A stretch of DNA of 64,000 bases, taken from Batkoa obscura. Its lineage: Eukaryota. The position numbers and the translations under genes are program-made. Location: the NCBI GenBank assembly GCA_030770535.1, contig JASVEC010000023.1, positions 248,001-312,000 of the forward strand, read 5' to 3'. Shown in pieces: positions 13,604-25,875 of the stretch (the first letter of the stretch is position 1; each line of letters starts with the position of its first letter). Under the pieces are notes generated by a model, which saw nothing but the letters and a program-made list of their open reading frames with translations, was not told where the DNA came from and ran no database searches.

Positions 13604-14267
13604 GTTGACGAGATGGTGTTGTTATATTGTTATTTGGAGTTAGATTGTAAATAGGTTGTTTGCTTTTAAAATGAAATAATTAAAATAAAATATAGTTAAA
13701 TTTTCAAATGTAAGCTTAATTAGTTTATTCTCTACAAAATTAATTTGGTAGTCGAAGTTGATTGGTTGAATAGAATATAACCAATTACCCCTTTTGTTTT
13801 AATAAAAAAATGAATTCTGAGTTTTAATCAAATTTTATAACTGTTTACATAATAATAAAAAATTCTTTTAATATTGTCATGAAATGATAGTGCTATGGTA
13901 AAGTGATCAAAAGTAACACTCAATTTGTGTTGTCTTCAGGATGCAGATTAAATTTAATCAGCGCTATTATTTGTTTGAATTTAACTTTTTATTGAAAATT
14001 AAAATTAAACACTAAAGTTTAATAATCAACCATTATAGCTTATCCCCTTTAACTAATGTGGTAGTGTTTTTCGCTATAATATATGAAAAAAACTTCAAAC
14101 TTTTATTGAGCAATAAACAAATAAGTATATCAACTTAGAGTTAGATGACTGCGTTGTTTTTAATTTGTAGATAGTTTTTTTGTTACGAATTTAGGGTATA
14201 CCAAAATTATTTAGCTATTAAACTCATAATAAAAATATTTAACTACAATTTAAAGTATAAAGGATAT

Positions 14268-14367
14268 GGTGATGTATTTTTTTTGTTTATGAATTTTATC
14301 AACAATTTTTCCATTCAAATAGCACTTAAAAAATGGAAAAAGTGATGAAGTCAAAAAAAACACTCCC
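14268..14367 (+). mobile_element. MITE copy
   Basis: GGTGATGT...ACTCCC, ATAT TSD. Confidence 0.8.
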
Positions 14368-14918
14368 ATATCTAATTCCAAACTGTTTTGACTGAAAACA
14401 AAAAACTTTCCCATTTTTATACCTTGTAAGGATTACACTTTTCTATATTAATTATATATAATTCTTTATTATTATCTTTAGTTAAACTGTTAAATTCCAT
14501 TGATGATTAATTAAACTTATTATATGAGATATCGTTTTAGATATCAATTTTATTTTTTTCTGAACTTTAAAGATGGAATAAACACTTTTTCTTAATACAT
14601 AGACTCAATTTGCCTTTTATAGCAACAAGAATAACTTATATCTGTATTTAAATACAATGCATAATCTACACTCAGGTCTCCTTAAATGTTTATGTAGCTC
14701 ATTATCCATTATACTAGTATTCTAGTTACTATTCAAGTTATGTTGATTTAGAAAGAGAACTGTTATATTTCTATAATTTAATATAAAACGATTATATATC
14801 AAGTCAAAATATGATTGAAGTCATCTGATTTAAATGTGATAAAAGACAATTCGAATAATTCCATCATAAATAACAATAAGATTTAAAAAATAGAAAATAA
14901 ACTTTATTCACCTTGTAT

Positions 14919-15962
14919 TTATAAATCGGCAATTTTAACTGAAGCTTTACCGAAATTTCTACCTTCAAGCATATCGATAAAAGCAGTTGGAAGATTTTCA
15001 ACTCCTTCAGTAAGATGCTCTTTATATTTCATTTTACCTTCAGCTAAATATTTACCAAATGTTTCAAAAGCTTTAGGGAAGAGATCTAATCTATCATTGA
15101 CAATGAATCCTTCGATACGTATTCTTTTGCCAATAATTTGGGTCAAGTTATGAATACCATCACTTTCTTTTCCTTTATTATATTGAGAGATCATACCACA
15201 GGCTGGAATACGACATTTATCATTAGCTACTTCTAATACTGCCTCAAGAGTTTTTCCTCCTACATTTTCAAAATAAATATCAATACCATTTGGACAATGT
15301 TCTTTGAGTACTGGGACTAAATCATCATATTTCTTGTAATTGAAAGCAGCATCAAAGTTTAACTCTTTTAATAAATATTCGACTTTATCGTCACTACCTG
15401 CTGATCCAACTACTCTTAATCCTAATTGTTTACAATATTGTCCAACCACTTGACCTACAGCTCCAGAAGCAGCTGAGATAAAAATAGTTTCACCTTGTTT
15501 AATAGGTTCACAAATAGTATGTAAACCAACATAAGCAGTAGCACCTGGCATACCAGTGATACCTAAATAATAAGTAAGTGGTACCTTTGATTCACGACCA
15601 TTGGGGATCAAATTAGTTCTAGCTGCTGAAACAATAGCATATTCTGACCAGTCTCCGAAAGCAACTACAATATCACCTTTTTTGAACTTATCAGATTTTG
15701 AGGTTATTACCTCAGATACAATACCACCGTTTAATGGCTTGTTAAGTTGAAAACCTTGAAAATAACTTTCAACTTCACTTGGACGCATTCTACCACGCAT
15801 ATAAGGATCCACAGAAGCATATAAGTTACGTACTAATAATTGATCTTTTTCTAATGATACATTGTCGAGATCAAGCTCTTCTTTGATAATCTCAAAGTTA
15901 TTGTTGACAGTTGGTAGCCCTTTTGGGTGGGCTTTGTAAATTACTTTTGTATTGCTGACCAT
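14919..15962 (-). CDS. NADP-dependent oxidoreductase (PTGR1/LTB4DH-like MDR), full length
   Basis: 347-aa intronless ORF with all family motifs. Confidence 0.92.
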   Translation of the reverse strand: MVSNTKVIYKAHPKGLPTVNNNFEIIKEELDLDNVSLEKDQLLVRNLYASVDPYMRGRMRPSEVESYFQGFQLNKPLNGGIVSEVITSKSDKFKKGDIVVAFGDWSEYAIVSAARTNLIPNGRESKVPLTYYLGITGMPGATAYVGLHTICEPIKQGETIFISAASGAVGQVVGQYCKQLGLRVVGSAGSDDKVEYLLKELNFDAAFNYKKYDDLVPVLKEHCPNGIDIYFENVGGKTLEAVLEVANDKCRIPACGMISQYNKGKESDGIHNLTQIIGKRIRIEGFIVNDRLDLFPKAFETFGKYLAEGKMKYKEHLTEGVENLPTAFIDMLEGRNFGKASVKIADL

Positions 15963-16961
15963 TGTATATTTTAATTGAATTTATAAAAAAACATGAAGTC
16001 AAAATTAAGCCTTTTATACTTATTGAGTCGCAAATCTATTATTGGCAATTAGTAATTACATTTACTAGTATTTAAGTCACACACAACACTTATTTCTTAT
16101 TGTATGACGTAAGATATTATTTTGATATAATTTTAAGTAAAAATATTAAGATAACTAGTAGCAAAACAAAGCATATATTATTCTACTTTTGAATTAGTAA
16201 GTAAAAGTAAATTTCTAGATATTACTAATCCTATTTTATGAGGTATCAATTAGTGACAGTAATAATGTGTTGAAACTAAACCACGAAAACTGGTAATTTG
16301 CTTCTAAAAAGTCGAACTTGAAGACCATTTTCTTTAATTTAGAATGCTCCAATAAACTCACCAAATATCCTCAATTGATGGGCCAAATTTATTAGAGAAG
16401 TTAAAAGCAAAAGTTAAGTAAAATTAGGGAAAATTGCCCGCTTTTCTTGATTCCGATTTTTTTCCCATAAAATTTACATTGGGTCGGAATGATCAACCAA
16501 TAGTTTTTCCGAATTTTTCTAAACTAATTCTTGAGAAATTTCAAGTATATACGATGCGTAAATTAAGTATAAATTCTTGAAATTCGTCGCCTTTTCTAAA
16601 TTTGGTAATTTCATTTACTATATATAGAGCTGAAGTATAATCGTTCCCCTTTTCTTCAGTCGCCTTCTGTAATTGTGGCTTATCAGACAAGGACCTAAAC
16701 CCTCTTTAAAAAATAGATACAATATAACGAAAAAATATGTAAACCCATTAAAAATTGATATATATGTTATTTTGTTTTAATACAACATTAGATTTTTATA
16801 ATCTTAATAAGTATTTAGACTCAAACTACTAAAAAATTGATACGCCTTACCTGTACGATAGTGTTTCCTCAAATTTTTAGGTTTTTTATGATATCGTCTA
16901 GCTTATTTTTATTGATTAGATTTCGTCACTGTAAAATCTGAAGGGTAGTATATGATTATAT

Positions 16962-17057
16962 GGTGATATATTTTTTGTTTAAGAGCTTTACTGATAACCT
17001 TTCCACTCAAACAGTGTTTAAAAAAGGAAAAAGTGATGAAACCAGAAAAACGCCTAC
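16962..17057 (+). mobile_element. MITE copy with degenerate right end
   Basis: GGTGATATATTTTTTGTTTAAG...; abuts a transposon remnant. Confidence 0.7.
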
Positions 17058-18086
17058 AAATAGTAGTTTAAATATTAATCTTGACTTTTTTGCTGAGCAT
17101 CATAAAAAGTATAATTGATAGACATTTTGAAAAAATTTTATAACGAAAAAGTAGTTTTAAAACATTAAACAAAAAATATTAATTAATCTCAAAATTTGAG
17201 CTTTTCATTTGTAAATATAATAGAATTAATGACTCAATTGCCTATAATGGGAAAACAGATGTAATTAAGTATGAAAAAAACAAAGATATAAAAATAATAA
17301 TAAAACATAAGGTATTAAAAAGTATTTACATTTTATTAGGCATAAGAACAAATTATATTATTATCCAGTATCTGATAAATAAATAAAAAGTGATATAATT
17401 CCAATTAAAGCTATAGAGTCTATACAAAATAGAAAAAGTAAAAAATCAACCCTAACTTATCTTACAAAAATAACAGAAAGTTTAAAAATTCCAATATTTA
17501 CTAAGCAAATAAGTAGTTTATTAAATGATAAAGATCAATTGTTAAATACTAATAGTCCTTAATTTATTAATAGTTAAGTTAATAAATAGTTAAAAAGTAA
17601 ATAGTTATAATAATAAATAAAAACTATTATATTGCTTGTATTACACAATAGTTAATTAGAATTTTAAGACTAACCGCTTCCTTTTGTGCAACTATTTATT
17701 AACTTAATGATATATTAACAATGTAACTATAACATTAAAATTTCATTTAGTTGATAGTAAATCTGCAATATTAGCTATAAAGAAGTCAATAATAAATATT
17801 TCTCAATGAAGGTTTACAGGAATATATATTTATTTACATATTACAACTTTGATTGATACCAATAGATGGGTTACGTTAGTAAAAGCCTTGTTAATCCAGG
17901 AATTTTTATTAAATTTAATAGAACTTTTGCCAACTTACAATATAAATTATGATAAAATAGTTTAAAACTGTTGGAGTACTTTGCTTTTTAGTAAAGAATT
18001 TATTTTTACAGGATTTTGAGCAAAGTTTTTAAAATTTAAAATATTTAAATATTGGATAGGAAAATGAAATCAATTTGGACATCCCC
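17058..18086 (+). mobile_element. Decayed 3' half of the Sola-like transposon (homolog of 46025-47073)
   Basis: Colinear similarity with 46025-47073, remnant DFFAEHH..IDRHF motif, ends in ACATCCCC|ATAT. Confidence 0.8.
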
Positions 18087-19613
18087 ATATGTAATAGAGT
18101 TATCAAAATATAACAAAACTATTAATATATACCTAAATTGTCAAATAGAAAGAGCTAGAAAAAAATTAACTAAAATGGTATTATTGATTAATATTTTAAA
18201 AGCGAAATAGGACCAACACAATTAAACAAAAACTATCAGCTATCGTATACCTGTGTATATGACATTACTCTTTACTATATTACCTGCTGAATTTATCAGT
18301 GTTTTAACCCAAGTTACTATAGAAGTCAATAGCCTCTCAAGATAAAAAATATTGATTATTATCCAGATGGTGAGATTTGTATCCTTAATGGTAAATTTAA
18401 ATTCCAATTTAAGAAGCCCGAAATTTATAAGGGTGAAAGGCACAAAACCTTGCTTGTTCGAGGTCAACATGTTAATTAGCTTGAATCATAAAAATAAAAC
18501 AGATTTATTTATCAAACTGAAAATTACATAAGCGTCAGTATTAGTGATATGAAATATTATCATTAGTATTGTTAATAATAAGCTTACTAGAGTATGTACT
18601 ATTGTATATGGCTATGCTATATATAATCAATTATAAAAAAGGACTAGGCTCAATGCTAAATTACATAGGCGTAATAAATCTTTTGCAAAGGTTAAAGATA
18701 TCAAATGTGCACCATTATTTTTTATGGTCCGACTCCATTAGTTGATAGCATCACAGGCGCTCTTGATGCTACAAAGCCAGTAGCATCTTTAGTAATGTTT
18801 TCTAATTTTCTTGAAACCATCTATATTGAATTACATTTTAAATAAAGACTGTTCAAATGGATTTATATTGTTTTCAAAGTATCCTTTATGTTAACTTTTT
18901 AAGCTATTATCATTATCAAAGTAACCTTGACTATTAACTCAACCTAATTTGTTAAAACTTTAAAAAAGTTTTTTAGAATTTATAAAAACACAACGTAAAT
19001 AGCATCAATATTTTTACTCTGGTAACTATCATACTAAGTTGTTTGATTTGGCTATTTTATTCAGCGATTGTACAATAAAATAATAGCTCATTAAAATGAC
19101 CAACAACATAATCTTTGGATGTTTATTAAAAGATCTGTATGCAAAACTTTTGCTTATTCCCCCATTTGCTATGAAGCTATTTTTTGAAATTACTATTTAG
19201 CTAAATGTGTTTTATTTTTGGATTGTAATTTATTAAAAATTACTTTTTATAATAAACACATTTAATCTTTGTAGTCTTTTTAAAACTTTAATTTCGTATT
19301 TTTTAGACTATAGATTACGTATATGTACTTATATTTTATAAATAAAACTTTAAATTCTTTTACTATTCTTCAAAACAAATAATATTTAGCTATTCTATCA
19401 AGAGTAAAAGGTATATTAGTGCCAAACCAATACTTAAAATCATATATTAAAGCACAATATTGTCATTTTTGTTTTAATTCAACTGTTAAAATCCAACCAT
19501 ATAATGAGGGCTAACTTCATTTGAAAATGAAATTTTAGATAGAATTTTGCCAAAACTCAAAGGCTTAAAAAAAAAAGCAAGCAAAAAATCTTTTGATAGC
19601 TGCCTAACAAGGT

Positions 19614-19684
19614 TGCAATGTCCGGGAATCGAACCCGGGGCTGCCGCGTGGCAGGCGGCAATTTTACCACTAAACCAACATTGC
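19614..19684 (-). tRNA. tRNA-Gly(GCC)
   Basis: 71-nt cloverleaf, GCCGC-CT-GCC-AC-GCGGC; identical to 28258-28328. Confidence 0.95.
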
Positions 19685-19768
19685 ATAATATTATTAATAT
19701 TTTATTGGATATAAATTTTTTTAAAGCCTTTACAATTGTTTAAATTAATATTACAATATTAAGTATAT

Positions 19769-19865
19769 GGTGATATATTTTGTGTTTAAGAATTTTGCTA
19801 ATAATTTTTCCGCCCAAGTGGCGCTTAAAAGATGGAAAAAATAATAAAGTCAAAAAAATACCCCC
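19769..19865 (+). mobile_element. MITE copy
   Basis: GGTGATAT...ATACCCCC, ATAT TSD. Confidence 0.85.
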
Positions 19866-20836
19866 ATATATTAAATATATATTATAAGTAGGCTTATGTT
19901 CCCCATGTAATTATAAAGTTTTTAAAGACGAGATTTTTATCACCGTTTAATATGTTGAAATGGCTTATATTATTACTATTATACTATGACATGAGATTCG
20001 TTATTATAAAATAAGATTATTAATAATTCATAAATTTTGAAATTCAAAATCTTATTTCTATTTCATCTTCTATAATGAAACAAACTTCAATGAGTTATTT
20101 ACTCTATGATATTTCATGTTATTGCCTTTTGAGCTGCTTTTTTATCTTAACTTTGTTTATAATATATACGTATAATAAAAATAATTGCTCAAACAAATTT
20201 AGATTTTTTAAAATATAAAACTTAGAATGTAATATATATTGTGTGAAGTTATACAAACATATGAGCTATTTTAAAACCATGTTTATTTTAAATAATATCT
20301 AAATTACTTAAAATAGAAAAATTTAAAACCTTGACAAATTATAAATGCCTGTGTGCTTACAATAATGTTAGTATTTATAAAGCTTATTGAAAAGTACCTT
20401 AAAAAGTTAATTAATAATTGAATAATTTAAGTAATCCAATTATGATATTATTTCAGAAAAAATCTAAAGCAAGAGATTTAAAATTTAATTAAAATAATTA
20501 AAATAGATGATATAAATCTAATTAATTTCCCAATATATTAACATTAAAAAGCTGATGATATAAACTAGAAAACAAAAGGTTTTAGATACCCCATTTAGTA
20601 GAAATAAAATATAGGATTATGAGAGTATAAGTATTAAATAAATACTAGTCTTATTCTGAAAGCGTTTGGAAAACCAAGATTCTTTTCTTAGTATATTTAA
20701 AACGGAAAAACTGTTACTTTATTTTAAATTAGTTATGTATAGAGCGGCTAAATTAACTATGATTACTAGTATATATTACAAACATAAAAGAAACCAACAA
20801 CATAAATAGATAAGAAATAGAACAAACAACCATTAT

Positions 20837-21400
20837 ATGGTTACTGTCAAGAGTTTTTCCTTTAGCTCTGATTTTAAGCTCATTGATATTGTTTATTCTA
20901 AAAATATGAATTTTGATAAAAGCAGCAAAACAGACCCATCTTTAAATGAAGATTTAATTATTGAACCTACTAAAAACAAAAGCAAGCATAAGGGGAATCA
21001 ATATATAGTTGGAACTAATGCACCAGAGTATAAAAACAAAGATGATCTTTTACTAACACAGGCATTAAGTGGGTTGGAACTATCTTTAGTAAATAGGTTC
21101 TATTTGATCAAAACAAAAGAAATACGAAATTTGGTAAACGATAGTGAGATCATATTTTTAAAGCAAAATTCAAATATCCCAAGTTACAAATTAGTTTTGT
21201 TATCACTGATTTTAATTGGTTTGCACTATAATCCTATAGCTGACCCAAAAATAAACTTTGATGATTATCTATACAAAGTAAACTTGTTATTTTATCATAT
21301 TAACGAAAGCTCTGCTTCAAATCAGCTTCGATATAATATGATTTATTATGTTAATGTTGCTATTTCGCTACTTTCTTATTTACCCCACCCTACCAATTAG
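20837..21400 (+). CDS. Hypothetical protein, orphan family member A
   Basis: 187-aa ORF; core LSLVNRFYL..DSEIIFLKQNSNIPSYKLVLLSL..YLYKVNLLFYHIN shared with 25876-26451 and more distantly with the 166-aa pair. Confidence 0.75.
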   Translation: MVTVKSFSFSSDFKLIDIVYSKNMNFDKSSKTDPSLNEDLIIEPTKNKSKHKGNQYIVGTNAPEYKNKDDLLLTQALSGLELSLVNRFYLIKTKEIRNLVNDSEIIFLKQNSNIPSYKLVLLSLILIGLHYNPIADPKINFDDYLYKVNLLFYHINESSASNQLRYNMIYYVNVAISLLSYLPHPTN

Positions 21401-21465
21401 TTATTTTATTAAATTTACTTTTACGCTAGTTCAACTTTCATTACTGTTTTATTTAAAAAGCATAT

Positions 21466-21561
21466 GAGAATGTATTTTTTTGTTTAAGAGTTTTACTAAC
21501 AATCTTTCCGCTCAAATAGCGCTTAAAAAACGGAAAAGTAATAAAATCAAAAAAAATTTCT
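21466..21561 (+). mobile_element. MITE copy with degenerate right TIR
   Basis: GAGAATGTATTTTTTGTTTAAG...CCGCTCAAATAGCGCTTAAAA. Confidence 0.75.
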
Positions 21562-21562
21562 A

Positions 21563-22063
21563 TTATAATATATGCTGTAGCAATCTCATTGTTTTATTAA
21601 TATAGTAAATCATTGAATCCGAAATATCATCACATGTCAAAGTTTTGTTAACATAGTTAAATAAAACATTTACTTTATAAAGGTAAAGATCGTATTCTCC
21701 ATTTGTGTTTAGTTCTGGTATTAAAGATAAAGTAACTAAAATTACAGAGTATAAGGCTAATTTATAAGCTGGCATCGAGGCATTTTGTATCAGAAATAAC
21801 ATATCAGTTTTACTAAATAGTCGAATAATTTTAGGATCAGTAATTGAGTAGAATTTAGATATCAGATTTAAGTCATCTTCTTTTATATATTGATTTAATA
21901 CTTCAATATCATAATAATGAGTGATATGAGCATTAGAATATACAACTCTTGTTTTAAAACCATTCATATTATCTTTTATTCCTTCTAATAAATCATCTTC
22001 CATCTTGGCTTTATTTTCAAAATGTTGATTTTCATAATTTATAAATTTAAATTTGTTTTCCAT
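21563..22063 (-). CDS. Hypothetical protein, orphan family member B
   Basis: 166-aa ORF; identical to 23819-24319 except 2 of the last 3 residues. Confidence 0.75.
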   Translation of the reverse strand: MENKFKFINYENQHFENKAKMEDDLLEGIKDNMNGFKTRVVYSNAHITHYYDIEVLNQYIKEDDLNLISKFYSITDPKIIRLFSKTDMLFLIQNASMPAYKLALYSVILVTLSLIPELNTNGEYDLYLYKVNVLFNYVNKTLTCDDISDSMIYYINKTMRLLQHIL

Positions 22064-24306
22064 ATTATTTTTAATTATTTACTAAATAAAATTATCTATA
22101 TGCTTTATATATATATATATATTGCACGATATTGATTGTTCTTCAAATATTTGTGTATATTCTATTAAAGCTATAATACATTTTTCTTGGCATTCGTATA
22201 AATCTATCTGTATTGAGGGATATTATTGTCTAATATAGTTAGGTAACATTCTATGAATCAACTTGTCACATTTAAAATCATCATATAATTAAATAATAAT
22301 TTATTAAAGATTTTATGTTGACTTAATTCCTTGGGTTTACTAATTAGCTTTGATACTCTCAATAATTTTGTGATTGTATTCAAAGTATAAATGTATTTGT
22401 AAACATCATAATTTAATAAATTCAATTCTATGACTAAAAATGTTATCTTTCTATAAGAACATATAGGATTATAGTTTACTTTTAAGGAAGTATAAAGCCA
22501 TTTTATTAATTAATCATTTTATTTCAAAATATAATATTTTAAACCGAAAGGAATCTCATCTTTATAATACTAATGGATAATCGGCTTACAATAATTAAAC
22601 AAAACTTATACTCATTTTTAAATATTGCTGATCTATGTCGCGGTTTAAAATAAAAAAACTTACATCACTTGAGCTATTTTGTTAATTATTCCTTTATACT
22701 AGCTCCTTTGCTTTGTTACACCTCTCTTTTATGTCCTAAATTTAGATTTTTCGAAATTAAATACTTGAGAGATAATCAGCTCTTTCATATTTAAAAATGA
22801 AATATTATTCTTTTATATTTGTTGATAAACCACTTCGAAGGATATAATCCCTTTAGAATGGGCAAAAATTAAAACTAACTCAGAAATAAACTAATTTATC
22901 AAAAATTCAAAAAGACAACTGTTCTACTAATATATGCGGATGTTTTTTTGGCTTCATTACTTCTTCCATTTTTCGAGTGCTATTTCAGTGGAAGAATTAT
23001 TAGTAAAATTATTAAATACAAAAATACACCCCCATATATTCTTTAAAATAGTACACTAAAAATGCAGTTGACCCATAAACTGCTAGAAAGTGTAAAATTT
23101 TTATACTTTATAAAAATAGGTTTTAATTAGTAATTTATGCACTTGTTCTATTTTCGGTGCATCACCATTTACTTAATGGCAAGAAAATGTTTGTATGGAT
23201 ATAATATAATTATTTTCAAATACATAGGGTTATATATATCAAATATCGCTTTAAACAAATTTGAAACTACCTTTAAATTTGATTTATTTAATTTAGACCA
23301 ATTATCCATTAGTATTATAAAGATGAGATTCCTTTCGGTTTAAAATATTATATTTTGAAATAAAATGATTAATTAATAAAATGGCTTTATACTTCCTTAA
23401 AAGTAAACTATAATCCTATATGTTCTTATAGAAAGATAACATTTTTAGTCATAGAATTGAATTTATTAAATTATGATGTTTACAAATACATTTATACTTT
23501 GAATACAATCACAAAATTATTGAGAGTATCAAAGCTAATTAGTAAACCCAAGGAATTAAGTCAACATAAAATCTTTAATAAATTATTATTTAATTATATG
23601 ATGATTTTAAATGTGACAAGTTGATTCATAGAATGTTACCTAACTATATTAGACAATAATATCCCTCAATACAGATAGATTTATACGAATGCCAAGAAAA
23701 ATGTATTATAGCTTTAATAGAATATACACAAATATTTGAAGAACAATCAATATCGTGCAATATATATATATATATAAAGCATATAGATAATTTTATTTAG
23801 TAAATAATTAAAAATAATATGGAAAACAAATTTAAATTTATAAATTATGAAAATCAACATTTTGAAAATAAAGCCAAGATGGAAGATGATTTATTAGAAG
23901 GAATAAAAGATAATATGAATGGTTTTAAAACAAGAGTTGTATATTCTAATGCTCATATCACTCATTATTATGATATTGAAGTATTAAATCAATATATAAA
24001 AGAAGATGACTTAAATCTGATATCTAAATTCTACTCAATTACTGATCCTAAAATTATTCGACTATTTAGTAAAACTGATATGTTATTTCTGATACAAAAT
24101 GCCTCGATGCCAGCTTATAAATTAGCCTTATACTCTGTAATTTTAGTTACTTTATCTTTAATACCAGAACTAAACACAAATGGAGAATACGATCTTTACC
24201 TTTATAAAGTAAATGTTTTATTTAACTATGTTAACAAAACTTTGACATGTGATGATATTTCGGATTCAATGATTTACTATATTAATAAAACAATGAGATT
24301 GCTACA
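21576..24306. repeat. Inverted repeat: 1006-bp arms (21576-22581 / 23301-24306), 719-bp spacer
   Basis: Arms read as exact reverse complements in all stretches compared; constant coordinate sum 45882, so no indels. Confidence 0.93.
22936..23033 (-). mobile_element. MITE copy in the palindrome spacer
   Basis: GCGGATGT...ACACCCCC, ATAT TSD. Confidence 0.8.
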
Positions 24307-24319
24307 ATGTACATTATAG
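23819..24319 (+). CDS. Hypothetical protein, orphan family member B'
   Basis: Inverted copy of 21563-22063. Confidence 0.75.
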   Translation: MENKFKFINYENQHFENKAKMEDDLLEGIKDNMNGFKTRVVYSNAHITHYYDIEVLNQYIKEDDLNLISKFYSITDPKIIRLFSKTDMLFLIQNASMPAYKLALYSVILVTLSLIPELNTNGEYDLYLYKVNVLFNYVNKTLTCDDISDSMIYYINKTMRLLQCTL

Positions 24320-24435
24320 CACTGCTGATATCCTGTATATATAACCGCGATAGCAGTCTAATGTTTAGAAGTCTCTAATAATAAAATTTTATTTAACTAC
24401 GGTTTGATTAAAACCATGTTTTGTAATTCAGTATT

Positions 24436-24523
24436 GGTGCATGTATTTTTTTGTTTAAGAATTTACTAATAATCTTTCTGCTCAAATAAGGCTTGGAAAT
24501 GGAAAAAGTAATGAAATCAAAAC
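24436..24523 (+). mobile_element. Truncated MITE copy
   Basis: ATGTATTTTTTTGTTTAAGAATTTACTAAT...GGAAAAAGTAATGAAATCAAAA; right TIR missing. Confidence 0.7.
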
Positions 24524-25875
24524 TTTCTTAGCAATGTAATTTTTTTATGAAATGTGGCTATCTATATACTAAATGTGTATATACTGAACACTTTCTATAT
24601 CTTGGATACATTTAAGCTCTTTGGTCTAAAAAATTTACGATTTATTATTCAAATATTCTTAAAAAAGCGATTAAACTACCAAAAACAGTATATTTGAAAG
24701 AACTGAAAAGGGAACAATAACTTTAGATAATAACTCAGAGAACAACTGTAATAAGAGTCGTAAAATAAATTATAACAATACTTTCTGGTATGATCCGCTT
24801 TTCTGATTTATCTCTAAAGGTCTAGACCATGAACTATACCATCTTTTATAACGAACAATTAGTTAATAAGCTATATATCATTGAAGCAAGGATAATGAAG
24901 CTATCGTTAAACTTTTTAGATACATGCTATGTTGTTTTAAAGTATTGAAATTTTTCTAAAAGAAAATAGTAAAAGAGTGACATATATTGATAATAACAGG
25001 TACTGTAATTCAATAGCTTCAAAATAATATATGAAAAACTCTTTTATCTCAGTATTTTCATTCTTTAAGATTAAAAGTCAAAATGGCATCATTCAAATTC
25101 TTAAACAAAAATGTGTCTGTGGATTCGAAGTATAATAAATAACAACTAAGGCAGATAAGCTTAATAAGGTAATTATCGCTCATAAATAAAGACCAATAAT
25201 TTCACATGGCCTTTAAAATACTAAACCCCTGTTGTATTATTATATTATATGGGATTCTTTAAGTACCAGACCAGGAATGTAATTAAAAGTCTTCAAAAAA
25301 GTTAATAAGGGTCATACGCTTAATTATTTTACTATTTAATTTTCTATAAATGTTGACCCGGATGGTATATACGATCATTCAGCTTTATTATTTTAAATAT
25401 ACAAATTTGTTTTTTCGATTATTTCACATTTTGAAATATCATTGGTTAAAAGCTGCTAAAATTGAAAAGAGTCTGGTTTACCCAATATCCGAGATATAGG
25501 TTACTGTATCTTTATTATATAGTAACTTTCAAAAATAATAAATGAATCCTAAATTGGTAAATGAATTCCAATTATCTCTTCTATTAATTAGTTAAATTCT
25601 TTAAAGTATATTAAACTGGTTTAATAAGGAAATTATAAGCAAATAATAGTAACAAACATTTATGAGGTAGTTTTAGTTTCGTTTTCATAATGACTATACT
25701 CGTGTTTATATCAAGATCAAATTTTCTTAAAACAGAAATCTTCATATGGCCTATCAGAAATAATAAAAATACTGAAAACAATAGTTATATATTAGTAATA
25801 TAGCTTTATTGACTACTAATTATTTATAATAAACAACTAACAATATAGCAAACTTTTTTTCAAAAAAAACAGAAA

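Noticed and set aside
18360..18845. Coding-like fragments (TIIFYGPTPLVDSITGALDATKPV) suggesting a decayed membrane-protein gene
   Set aside because: Too fragmentary to assign or delimit without a search
19486..19686. 66-aa ORF (and the 83-aa ORF at 28124-28375)
   Set aside because: Spurious frames overlapping the tRNA-Gly genes
22936..22946. MITE end within a few bases of the palindrome axis
   Set aside because: The insertion itself shifts the apparent axis, and given the MITE density coincidence is likely
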